NCBI GenBank assembly: GCA_000934665.2
Contig: KZ538258.1
Span: forward strand, 62,001 to 99,408
Length of the DNA: 37,408 nt
Source of the DNA: Catajapyx aquilonaris
Lineage: Eukaryota
Reading direction: 5' to 3'
The notes under the pieces were generated by a model. It was not told the DNA's origin. It made no database searches and was given only the letters and a program-made list of their open reading frames with translations. Made by a program: the position numbers and the translations under genes. Below, in pieces: positions 1 to 12,900 of the stretch. Every line of letters starts with the position of its first letter. Position 1 is the stretch's first letter.

Positions 1-331
1 GAGAAAGGTGTAAGGCAAAAAATAAAAGACTAGCATTCTTTGTCCTTCATGTACAGTACTGTACTCAAGCTACTAGCTACCAAGAGGATTTACAATAGCC
101 ATCCCAGGCCAAGAAATTGAGATGAGGAGATCATGGATGGCTGACTGAAACAAGGTGCATTTGAATGTGACGGGAATAAAATATGCACTTTTCCTTATTC
201 CCATATTCCTTTCACCTTGAAAAAGCTCGCTAATTTTTCTACACAGAAGAAAAAATAAATACATCATATTTGACTTCCGCTGTTTCTCACATGAACATCA
301 TATGCTAGTGCTGCAACGTAACCACTCCAGA

Positions 332-624
332 CAGCCCCCTGACACACACACGATATGGTAGTGTAATATAAAAGTCTCCGCCATGCAGGGATTTGGCGCT
401 GGCACGCCCCCACAGGCATCTACCACTGCCAGCCATCTGAATCTTAGTCTGCAAACGCCCTCCGAGGAAAGGACTGTTTGGGTTGGTTCCGATGGCAGCC
501 AACCCGAACCGACCCTCCAGTAGATGCCTGTGGGGGCGCACCAGCGCCAAATTCCCTGCATAGCGGAGACTTTTATATTAAACAACCGTCAACTCAGGGC
601 TAGGAGGCATGTGTCAGGGGGCTG
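332..624. mobile_element. hAT-type MITE
   Basis: 15-bp TIR CAGCCCCCTGACACA / TGTGTCAGGGGGCTG; 8-bp TSD ACTCCAGA / ACTCCAGC; internal ~60-bp inverted repeat 364-423 / 520-580. Confidence 0.8.
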
Positions 625-1612
625 ACTCCAGCATAAATGCAGTATCTTCTCAGCACATTAACTACTTCTGAAAGAGAACAGATGATGCAGGAAAGCAGGA
701 AGGAAAACATGTTTTGGCAAGAGGAAAGGATGTTGTAGAAATATTGTAAATATTACTAGTTCAATGTGCTTTTAAAAAAACTAGGAAAACCCTCATTGCT
801 GTCCCAAGACCAATTGTATACAAAGAGAAAATAATGAAAAGGCAGAAATTTTCTCAGAATATGTATTGTGAATACCTAAGCATAACTTAGGGAGGCACAG
901 AGGTGTAGTGGTTAACACACTTCACTCTTGAAAAACCTTTTAATGCCACTGATCTCCATGTGGAAAATCTGGATGGGCACTCGGTTTGGCTTTTGGATGA
1001 ACAACTTCATTTCACATGACTCTGTAAGTGGCCCTCAAATGATTCTGTTTCAAATAAACAAGAAGCAGTGATGATAATATTGTAACATTATAATTATAAC
1101 ATTATATATACTCGTATTATATTATAATATTTTTTAAATGTGCATTTTCATCTTATGAAAATCCCACATTTAAAAAAATGTTAGTATGTGCAGGTCAATG
1201 GTGCTCTTAGGCATTCCTATCATTTTAAAAGGAACCTGAGAGATGAGACATGATCAAAATCAGATTATGCTGTATTTCAAGTAATTTCAACTTGACAGGT
1301 AACTTTCAGAAAACATCACACACACACAAGGGTAAGTGAAATAAAAATGGCAAGTACACAAGACATGGTTAAATAGCATGATTCCTGGCACACCTGTGTG
1401 GTTCAGGTCCAATCCATTCAACAGCAAATTTGGTCTAATCAGAGAAACAATAGCCAAGGTCACAGAAGTGACATAAGGTGTGGAAGAGTGCATAGCAGCT
1501 TCATCATCATGGATGGTGGTGCAGCACATGAACTGTATCTTAGGGAGACTCAAGGTAGCATCATGCTGATGAGCACTGGCAACTATCATTGACAGCAACT
1601 GAAAATAATATA

Positions 1613-2219
1613 CAAGGGCAAATCGAAAAGTAATTCCCAACTTTTTTATTTCCAAAGCTTCACAACAGAAACTGAAACTGAGATATACATATGAAAGGAC
1701 AGGTCCTTCTCTAATTTTAGACATAGTCACCACACACTTTGGTACACTTGTCCCACCGGGACACAAGTTTTTCCATGCCCCTGCAGAAAAAAGCATCAGG
1801 CTGGCTGGGAAGCCAGAGACAGACGCGCCGCCCTCTCACGTCCTCTGTCGCTGAGGTCTTGACAAGCCAGTACTCCTTTTTTAGTCAGAAGAGATGGTAG
1901 ACATGGTTAAGACTATAATTTCGCACTAACTAAGAAGCACCTGGCCTGTCGGCACTTCAGTGACAACAAGGAAGTGAAAGAGGCCGTCCACCCTTGGCTT
2001 CCCAGCTAGCCTGACGCTTTTTTCTGCCATACCATGGAAAATCTCGTGTCCCGGTGGGACACAAGTGCACCAAAGTGTATAGTGACCATGTCTACAATAT
2101 TAGAGAAAGACTAAGTCTTGAGACAAGTCTTGTCCTTTCATATGTATATCTCAGTTTTAGTTTCTGTTGTGAAGCTTCGGAAATAAAAAAGTTAAAAATT
2201 ACTTTTTGATTCGCCCTAG
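1613..2219. mobile_element. Mariner-derived fold-back MITE (two transposase 3' ends back to back)
   Basis: TA|CAAGGG...CCCTAG|TA termini; ~270-bp inverted arms that translate to a decayed mariner C-terminus (KKHLA..F..NKEVKEAV..WL...FF...MENLVSRWD). Confidence 0.85.
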
Positions 2220-3892
2220 TATTTAACAGACGAAAACAACAATTGCTATGTCAATAGGTTAGTGTCAGAAGAGTATCTACCACAGTAGGCTGTAATGTAG
2301 CATGGCACAATATGCCATCTCCATCTACTTGGGGCTTAAATATTTCTACTGCCTTACTACTCATTATATTCTTTCTCAACTATCCACACCTCGGCCCATA
2401 TGGAAAGTGTACAGCTGTTACAGTCAAACTGGTTGTAAAATTCCACATATGGTGCAATTGGGGATCCAATAAGAATCAAAGCTGTGTGGATGGTACCTTC
2501 GCCAGTCACCATCATGTTAGTTAAACTATTACTCTGTAACCATATGATGATATAATGCGCTTGACTCCATCCACTTGATTCAACTTTGTAAAATAACTAC
2601 AAAACCCTGTACTTTTATATTACATTCACTCTATTATGCCTTCAATATAATTATCATTCAATTCTGGTATTATGCATCAATATAGGAACAAGGAAAATGA
2701 CTTGTTAAATAAATTCCATACACTATACTGTATACTTATAATCCATGATTAATCTCCCAGCTCATGTTTCTGAATGAAATTTGTGCTTTTGAAATTAATA
2801 CCTATCCACATATAATGAAGTTTGGTGAATATCACAAGTAAGATTCAGCTATGAACGCTTTGAACATCTTGTGAAACTATACCAGGAGGAGGAAAAAATT
2901 AGCCTTTTGGAAGTGAATGAAACATCGCAATAGCACAGTGGCATGACAGTGAACTGCATCCACACCATGTTCAAATTCAAATTTGAAATTGCCACCCACT
3001 GTGACACTCTCCTAACTTCATTATGACTTCATGCAGAGGCAATTCATATTCTGCAAAACCTAATGAGTCAACTGCATGCAGATGTGGTTTCAAATGTATT
3101 TTGAAATAAAACATGAAGAATATATAATCTAGATTCCACAAGCAAAGGGCCTTTGTGATAACACAAGGCCAGTATCTCTGTCACAGCCACTTGATTTTAT
3201 AAGATGATGGAGACCCCACAGAAGAATCATTTCATCACTTCTTCTCCCTTGCACGTTCTTATTTGTGATCCCAGGTCAACAGGTATCATTTAACTTGCCC
3301 CTACTGAATATCCTACATAGTAAATATCATAAGCCATTAAGAAATCTGAGCTGGATAGTCGAGATCATGTGCATGTGCAAGCCACTTTAAACTTTCGCTT
3401 AATAAAATTCTTATAAGTAACATTTATGGCAAGTGCAGATCTGTACTTAATCAGGATTTAAAACCCTTAGCAAAGTGCCAAATAACACCCATAACTGTGG
3501 CACACAATTGCATAAATACAAGTTTAATGGTAATATAATATTATGATCAAGAACCTGCGATTTTAATATAGACAATTTCCATGGCCTTAATGTATACGGA
3601 ATGTCATGAGCATATTGCAACAATGGTATGAAACATGGCAAAAAAAATCGCAATTAACCATATTACACCCTGAGGCAGAAATTACAACTAGAACTTTATC
3701 ACAGCTGTTTTGTATCATGAATCACATTTGTTCTCATAATTAAAAATCCATCAAATACATGTCCATTAATTATCACTCAATTTGCATCCCTGCATTAAAC
3801 TTACGAGATTAGCACAAATGTGGCAACTTTGTTTGCAATTTGTGAACATTTGCTTGCAGTATATGGAAGACACAGGAACTTTGGCATGGTGC

Positions 3893-3955
3893 TCAGAAGA
3901 CAGGGATTACTTCGCGAGGCACAAACATAACATCGTCGTCAAGTGTTAGAAGAAT
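3893..3955 (-). CDS. SIDT1: SID-1-like exon 13 (C-terminus)
   Basis: Acceptor CACAG|; [20 protein letters not shown] then TGA, the typical family C-terminus. Confidence 0.95.
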   Translation of the reverse strand: MLLTLDDDVMFVPREVIPVF

Positions 3956-6900
3956 CTGTGGGCAAAAAGGATATGTCACAAATGATACAGAAATTCACAC
4001 TGCATAACTCACCATGAATGAAAAAAACATGCTGGCAGCTGAGAGGAAGTGCCAAATGTCATGATCGTCATAAAAATTTAAAATCAAGCACTCCTTGTTG
4101 TAGGACCTCGACTGTGCAGGTGTGAGTTGCCAGGTAGTGCACTTATGGAAGAAGAAGTAGAGAGCACCTGACCAGCATATGACAGATAGCACTATGTAGA
4201 TCAGTGGCTGGGGGAGTATTCTCTCTCTATGACGCAGCTGAAAAATAAAGACAACATTTAAAAAAAGAGAAAACAATTTTACATGAAGAAATACCTTCAT
4301 GATGATGTAAAATGAAGTGTATAGGAGGAGGTTGACAATGAAGATACTAAGCAGATGGAAGGCAAAATCAACTGGTTCTCGTGATGCTCCATAAGCAGCT
4401 AATGCCCAATTTATCAGATTCCCTGCAAGAAATGACATAAAAAAGTCACAAAGCAGTCATAGCAATCAACTGTGTTCCATTGGTTAGCAAGGTGGCATAT
4501 TGATTAGCACCACAGCCTTCCACCTCATGAATCCTAATGCACAAAATATCAATTTGATTATATTGACATATTATCAAGACAGTTGGTACTTGGCACTGAC
4601 ACTATTAAAAGCCACAATATCTATAATATTGATTACTATCAATAAAAGTTTAGTTGTGCAAAATGGACTTGAATGGTGGATAAAAGAAATATGTGTCACT
4701 AGCCAAAGATCATATTCCATGAAGTGGTGATGGCAAGCCTGTGGCAAGTTTATGGCATGTTGACCAAACATAATAAATAAGGTCACCCTGTTTTTAACAA
4801 CACATTAAAATTGGCACAAAACATTAAGAGGGAACCCAGTCCGCAGCAGCAAGAAAAGGGGGTATCAGTTGACATTTTATTTCATGTCTTTGTGCGCTTG
4901 CTAACGTCATGAATTTTTTTTGGAGTGCTCTTCAGTGTAGCTACCTGGATTAGAGTTACTAAATTATGAAAAATTGCGAAGCAAAGTAGTGAAAATAAAT
5001 CGCAAAGTTCGGTGTCGAAATTGTGTGGTTTTTCATTCCATCTCGATAATGACGTGTGACGTATGTCATTAAAAAATGTGAATCCATGTGTTGTGATGGT
5101 GTGCAGGGCTTGAAATTATTAGTGATACATTTGGGCTATTAAAAAATTTAACAACCAAAATTCCTTTTTGGTTATTTTGGCTATTAAATTTTAAATAGCC
5201 AAAATGTATCACTAATTTTTAAAATTTCTACGTCAAGCCCTGCACACCATCACAACACATGGATTCACAATTTTTACGGACATCCTTCACACGTCATTAT
5301 CGAGATGGAATGAAAAAGCGCAAAATTTCGACACCTAACTTTGCGATTTATTTTCACTACTTTGCTTTGCAATTTTTCGTAATTAAGTAACTCTAATCCA
5401 GGTAGATACATTGAAGAGCACTCCAAGTTTTTTTAATTGTGTTAGAAAGCGGACAAAGACGTGAAATAAAATGTCAACTGATACCCCGTTTTTTGGCTGC
5501 TGCGGACTGGGTTTCCCCTTAAAAATATTAATATTATGTATTTAAAAATTGTTGCTCTCTGGAGTAGGCATATACTGCAGTGAAACAGTAAATTGCAGCA
5601 CACCATAAACTCTCAAAATAACTAACCTATGTGAATGTATAACTCGATATAGGATTGCTACAGGTTGTCTCTCATGATCAGCAACAGCACAGATGGCGAC
5701 AATTTATTTTTAGTGAGGTGTTCCTAATAATATTTGACAAAAAAGTGAAACTCAGTGTTTGCTTAATCTAGATCCCCAACTGAAAAATCTGGATTTGAAA
5801 ATCATGATTTTGATATTTTTCCCAACTAAAAATGGCCACAGAAAGTGTTAGGATAATTAAGCAATTTTTATATAATTTTTCTGGCATTGCCGTAAATGCT
5901 CAATATTTAGAAGTACTTCCCGAGCAATACACCTGTAATTCACATGCATTGACCAAATTAATATTAATCATCGTGAGCAATAAGCAATCCTAAAAATTGA
6001 GCATTAAAAAAATTCCTAGGGGTAGTTCACCACCCATGCTGGGCATCTGGCCCAGTACCTTTATTTGCTTTTTGTCATACAAGCTCAGCTCTTTTCTGTA
6101 ATACCCAGGTACCATGATTGAGGAAGGGTGTGCTGGGAGGGGAGTAGTGCAAGTGCAGGTGCAAGTGCATATCGTTTTGTGCAGTTCCTTGAGTGGTTAG
6201 TCTCCTGGAAATTCCACGAGATGAAGCTGGAGATGACGATGCCACTTGAGATGAAACAGGGAGAGCCCGGGCTTGGGATTGAATGTGACATCTTACTACC
6301 TGTAGGCACTTACATTACTGCTGCATCACTCTGCCTCCCCCCAAATATTGAGCATTTTCTAACATTATAATATATACAGGGTGGTCCAACTTTTTTGTCC
6401 GAACAGCTATTGACAAATTCGGCCTAAGCTGCTTATGTTGTAGTGCGTTACCTGGCAGCCCTGTCCGGCGGGCCAATTCAGCCCATGGAGACTGCTTCCA
6501 TTGTTGCCACTGTTTACTAATTGAGTGAGTGACGCGGATGACCCAGCGACGGATCTCTTCTGCCTGCGCACTCACTCATTCGATTTGTAAACAGTGGCAA
6601 CAATGGAAGCGCTATCCATGGGCTGATGTTTGAATTGGCCCGCCGGACAGGGTTGCCAGGTAACGCACTACAACATAAGCAGCTTAGGCCGAATTTGTCA
6701 ATAGCTGCGTGATAGCTGTTCGGACAAAAAAGTTGGACCACCCTGTATATTAATACCATGTGATAGGGCCCGAGGCCCTCTTAGGGGGGAAGGGGAGGTT
6801 CCCAAGGGAGGGCACTGTGCGGTAGTCATTTCTGACATTCTTTAAACGCCAGGCCTTTTCTCCTGGCCCTGGGCAGAGTAGGGAGTGCAATTCTGCCCCA

Positions 6901-9900
6901 GCATGTCGGGTGAAAAGCGGAAAAAGACCCGGCCACGCAGAGGTGACGGGGACGGGATTTGAACCCCGGCCTCCCGCTTGGCTGGCCAGTGGCGTAACCA
7001 TTAGGCCACCATGACTCCCCTTCTAACATTCTAATATGTAGTACATAATAATTGTCCAATGTTTCTAATGGCTCCCGAGTCAATTTTAAGTTGAAAAAAA
7101 TAAGCAAAATCGTGATTTTCAAATCCAGATTTCTCAGTTAGGAATCAAATAGGCAAAAACGAAGGGTAAATCACTCAGTAGTTGAGCATACAATGGACTT
7201 GGAAAGAGTCGGACTTGGCCGGACTTGGGATCGGACTTGGCGCCTACCATACAACGGACTTGACAAGTGATTTACCCCTGGGCAAAAACAGAGTTTCACT
7301 TATCTCCTAATGTTATTAGGAACAACCTCACTAAAAATCATCGTCACCTATACCGACATGATTCATAGAAGACATCCTTTATGAAGTATGTTGTGTGCCA
7401 TCATTTGTCATTGCCATAAAAATGAGAATTAAAAGCATCTCAGCTTCTTGGCATCTCCTATGGTGATTTTAAATAAGAAAATATTGCAAATTGCAAATTT
7501 TATAAGCAGATATCCACAACACCAGAACAGATAAAGCAAAATTGAATTTAACTTTTTCATCTTATATTTATTAGGAGCAACTCCCACTTCATAACTGTGG
7601 AGGTGGAAGGAAAAAATAATCTTGGCAGGGAACCTCAAGGAATCAATGGATTCCTCAAAACCCCATCAACATTCAATTATTTGTCAGTTGGCGAAGTAAG
7701 GGCAGCCACAACAGCATTTTCCTTCTTGCCACACAATCAGAGGTGACACCACAGGGGACATGATCAATTTAAGCTACTTTAATAAATATAAGGAACCTAA
7801 TCTTTCTTGCTTTTTGAAAAACAGCTATAGTATAAGCATAATTTCTCTAAGCAATGGTCCATTCCTTGTTGGACCACCATGAATCCTAATACACAAAACT
7901 GTGATGGATGTGGTAAAAAAAATATGGGGCATGGGGTGTCACAGTTTGACAAGGCATGCGAAAGTAAGCATGTTAACAGTCAAAAGATTCTCCTGTTCAT
8001 GCAGTTTCACTGCAATGCCTCAGTAGCTTAATTACCTATGATGAGCAATACCATCCGATCAATGTAGTGGGGCTTGAAGCACTGCAGGGGGCTGGCAATA
8101 AAGTCATTCTTGAAGGTCAAATAGACTCTCTTAAAGGTCCCACAGTCCAGCTTCCACCTGCCCATGTAGTATACATTGGCACTCACAGTGAAGCATAGAA
8201 GGATGTGGAAGGCAGTGAAGAAGACCCAAAAAGTTGGGGAGCCTTTCAGTACTCCAACCACTCCAATGAATATGAAGAGTGCTAGGTATCCAAATGTGAC
8301 ATATGCAGAAGCATTTATGTCTGGGTGACGAGACTGATATATCTTGATCATGCACAGCAATGAGATGACATACATGAAACTGGCATCTGGGGATAAAAAT
8401 TGGTATAAGACTTGAATGAAGTGGGCACTGAAAGTTGACCATAAAATATATAAACGAATATAGGGGACAGTAATGCAAGTTGAACAGTGGGGCAGGCTTG
8501 AATGAAAGCTAACGCCTAAAAAATAATCTCGCATCTGGATCTGAGACCCCTTTCAAATGGACCCCCTCTCACATCCCTCCTCCCAACAACTGTGCTTCCA
8601 TTCCATTGTGACACTCAGTGCTGGAGAGAGAAGACATGGTTTTCCAGATGTTTCAGTAATTTTTTATCACTCTGGAACAGTGCTTCCCAAACTACGGGTC
8701 GCAAACTTAATATTTGGGGTCGTGAGGGAGAGTAACAAATTATTTTCCAAAATTATTATACATTTCTCTTGAAAATTATAGCCATAAGGTTAAGTTACAG
8801 AACAATTCAGATACTCGCCAATAGCTATCAATGGCTTTCATTTCACTGTTTACCTGTCTTTTCATGTTGGGGGATCAAAATGTGGACATCTGGAGGGTCG
8901 CGAATTTTACGAGATGATTTTCTGATTGGGTCGCCAATGAAAAAGATCGGGAAGCACTGGATTAAACTCTCCTTATACATTAGTTCACATTGCTTCATAT
9001 CGTGAGCATAAAGGAAAAGTCCAAAGGGCCAGTTTCGAGAAAATCCAAAGTCAAGACTTGACCTTGCACTTGTTTACACACTAGTGAAGAGAGAAAATCC
9101 TGTCTTGTTGGCCCATTACGAATCTTCAGGACTACCTGTAAATGGACTTCACCAGGCAGTAGAGCAGAAAAAATGTTACTATGTACACAACTCAAAGTCA
9201 CCAAAACTGGACTGCGTGGATTGCTCCTGTATGCCGACGATGTTTCAACTTGCCCCATATGTGGGGCAAAACTGAACCCCTTTCAGACCTAATATTAGGT
9301 TGGAAAGAAAGCTATGTCAGCAAATACAAGGCAACAGTCAATTGCTAATCACCATAAATACAAGCAGAAATCAGTCCAAAATATAGTGTTATGGTTTGCC
9401 ACGACCTACACCAATCGCCTAGGCAGCATGCCATTGGATACCATCCCTGCAGAAATGTGGCGGCTTAGACGTAAAGAAGTGAGTAAGGGCTGGTTTGGCA
9501 TTGTCTCAGTTGGTGAGCCGCTGTCCATCCAGAAAACTATGCATTTACCAGAAAAGGTGGTAGTCACTGGGGGCAATGTCCAGGAAATAGGCTGGGTGCT
9601 GCAGCAGCTCCCAGCCCAGGTCCCTGACTTTGTTAGAGGTCACCCTTGCTGCATGAAGTCTCGCTCCAGGAGTAGGAGGACGCGCTTGCAGTTGAGCAGT
9701 GATGGTCATTTAGACATGAGAGATGCATGCACATCATCGAACTGACAGCAGTACACATCGACTGTGATAGTGTTGTTGTTCAGCAGCGGCTAAAAATTAT
9801 GACACTCTGCATATCCTACCAAACAGACTGCAGGACCTTACGTGGGTGTAAGCCTAGTTTAGGGGTCAGGATGGACTTCTGTTTTTGGACCAACCACAGT

Positions 9901-12900
9901 TTCCAGGTGCTGACATTGTCATGCACAATCCATTTTTAATTGCGTGTGACACTGTGATCCAACTTTGTTGCATACAAGCATAGGGAAATTCATGCCCTCA
10001 TGTGATTTGCTTTCTGCTCAACTGTGGGTTCATGAGGTACCCAAACTCCCCTCTTGTTCACTTTACCAATGCAATGAGGGTAGTCCCCATCTGTTCGGCC
10101 AACTCTTGCATGGTTACATGTGTGTCAGGCCCCACTAAGGTCTTCAACATCTCCATATCCACTGTTGTGAGTCTTCCGGCTTTGGAGTGACTGCTCAAAC
10201 TTTTCCTCTTAAAACCATTTGAAACAACGACAGCACTGACGATATGATATGGCATTTCGGTCTACACTGGACATGTTCCTTACAGCAACCCAATGAAACT
10301 CATACATCATGCAATGGCAGCTGTGATCCCTGTCCACTTCCACAATGGCTGGCAATTACACTCTTTGACTTCTGAAGGCTATCTGCCACTGACATAAGCC
10401 ACCTACTGGACAATGTGATGCAGGTGCCCTGTGCAATCTCATTTGCCAGTGTGCTCCATGGATGGGGCTTTGCCTTCAGCTGCCTTGTCATTGGACCTTA
10501 CCTTCTTTCCAACCTAATATAAATGTGTTCTAACAAATTAAAGGAATAATTTGAACATGTGATTGATGTAGAAATGAAGAGAGTAGAGAGATTCAAGAAT
10601 AGCAGCAATATAAATGACAAAATAAAAATATACATATGGAAAAAATTTACAATGCAAGAAGTTTTTGACTTGCACTGCTCCCCCTGTACACATTTAAATT
10701 ATTCGATCCTACATTATCTCTCATACTCACTTTTAAAATTTTTACTTTGCATGAACATAAATGATCACATCAATGAGCTGAGTAAACAGTTTCCTTCAGT
10801 AATATGGAGCACATTGGTAATTCCTTGCTGTTCATTTTCAAATTCAAATAAATTGCTTAGTTGTAGCCTACATCATTACTATTACCATCATCATCTCCTT
10901 GTGATGTTGAAATTATATATTTTGAATTACACAGTTGCATGCTCTTCAATAACATGCTACATTTATAAAATCCCATAATATATGATAATCATCTCACATA
11001 AAAGCATACGTACCAAACTGGAAGTCAGCCCGATTAGGACACACATGGTAACATGCACTCAGCACACCTTCCATTATAAGAGCACATCCCATTGCATAAA
11101 ACAATCCATAGTGTTGCGGAATTCCATACAGCTATCAGAAGAAGAAAAAAACCTTTAGAGGTACACTTCTCAGCACTTCCACTAGCTAACAAACTCACCC
11201 GTTGTATCCTGGGTTCTATTCTTATTTGTACTTGATGCATCCAATCTTTTCGAAGAGTAAGGATAATAAATAGGAACCCCAGCATCACATATCCACAGTT
11301 TGAAAAAATGTGATTGAAGTCACTCAATGGCCCTAGGGGGTGAGCACACAGGAAGTTGTAGTAGCACAGGTCTTGATTTCCCGTCGTATTCAGAACCTAA
11401 AAATATACGTGATAAGCAGATGGGTTAGTAATGAAAATATTGCAGTCAATAACGCTAGTAGTTGTCATTATTATCCAATATTATCCCTGTAGCCCTTTTA
11501 GGAGATCCTCTCTCAATTACTAACTTAATTAATTCATACTCAATGATGATAGACTTTCATTGTACAGGGTGCCTCACACTCAAGTCAGGATTCATAGGTC
11601 ACTTAATTGTATTGTTGGTTTCCAGTTGTACCAACTAGCATATTGTTGTCAGTAAAGGATGAGCTGGTACAGTTGGCACTTGGGAGTTGGCACAACTGAA
11701 AACCAACAATACAATCCAATTACCTATGGAACTTGATATCACCAGTACAGTCCTGGCAAACAATTAGCATGACATGGCAACATTTAGGGAGCTATTATGA
11801 ATCTCAAGAATTACAAAATAAGGCCAAACATGGGATAGCAGGCACCCATCCTTGTGCACCTGATCAACTACATTGATTAAAAATTAATTTCAAATGCTTC
11901 CTCTACTTCTATTTATTTGGGCCAGGGTGACGTAGGATCATCTATATCTATAAATGAGGATGTTGGGATGTTTGTTCGCTCTAGAAATCCAGAAGAATGC
12001 CCCTACATCGCCATAAACTTTTTGCGAGGAATTTGTTGCTGCATGTTTCAGCGTCCGAAAGTGAGCCGTACTCCCACAACACCCTATACCTCCTCTCCTT
12101 GCACCAATATCCGACAACAATATCGAAAGCCACTGTTTACTACTGCAGTAAAACTTCTATAAGTCGAACTTCCCTAAGTCGAAGTTCTCTATGTCGAAGA
12201 AAATGATGAGCTTGGTTGGTCACAATGTAAAAGAATAGGAAATAAACTTCCCTAACTCAAATTTCTATAACTCGACGTTCTCCATAACTTGAAGTGCAGG
12301 CAGGGCCTTACGATGGGATATCAATGCAATTTCAGTTTCCCTAAGTTGAAGTTCATGTTGGCGAGTACGGAAAATTTTCTCATTTCCCAGCCGAAGGGTC
12401 GAGAGTAGGCCACATGTACAGAAAGGCTCAATTTCCTGATCTCCGTCTACCAGACATACCGAAAGAAGTGATTGTCTCTATTGTGACAGTTGATTCCTTG
12501 AATCTAAGAGTAGGCAAATGTCCATAACAGAGATTTTTTTACAACACAACAACGAGGAACATTGTAAGTGTGACAGTGACAGTTATTTTTAAGTTGTATA
12601 CATCTTTCGTCGCTGGATATAATGGTAGGCTTACTTATAGAGTTATGTGCTTTAAAAAAATTCAAACTTCTCTAACTCGAATCTTCTATAACTCGAAGTT
12701 TAGAAGTTTCACTGTATTTTTGTTTGAGGACATTTCCATGGCAACTTGAACCCCTTCCTGTTTCTCAATCAAATGCCTCCAAAGAAGCGTTATATGTTTG
12801 GACAATCTCCTGCTGCCAAACGCAAATGAACTAAAAGGCACCATGAAACAGACAGTCAACGCCAGTCCCATCTAGAACTTAAAGCAGCCAGACACAAGTG

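Larger units (their letters stand above)
5661..7379. mobile_element. Old Tc1/mariner-type non-autonomous element hosting nested insertions
   Basis: Diverged ~170-bp TIRs (5661-5835 versus 7080-7379, e.g. TTTTTAGTGAGGT, AAATCTGGATTTGAAAATCA), TA on both sides. Confidence 0.65.

Noticed and set aside
890..1060. tRNA-like A box (GGTGTAGTGGTTAACAC); a similar head at ~4488-4525
   Set aside because: No B box or cloverleaf; at most highly decayed SINE heads.
1287..1796. 169-aa minus-strand ORF
   Set aside because: Starts inside a mariner-derived MITE, reading its arm out of frame; no recognisable domain or splice support.
6945..7020. Functional tRNA-Gly gene
   Set aside because: Acceptor and anticodon stems do not pair properly and a SINE-like body follows.
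7195..7265. Short interspaced direct repeats resembling a CRISPR array
   Set aside because: Units are only 7-9 bp with 1-15-bp spacers, inside a TSD-flanked mini-transposon in a eukaryotic intron; no cas genes.
9314..9745. 143-aa plus-strand ORF
   Set aside because: Antisense shadow of the decayed mariner transposase.
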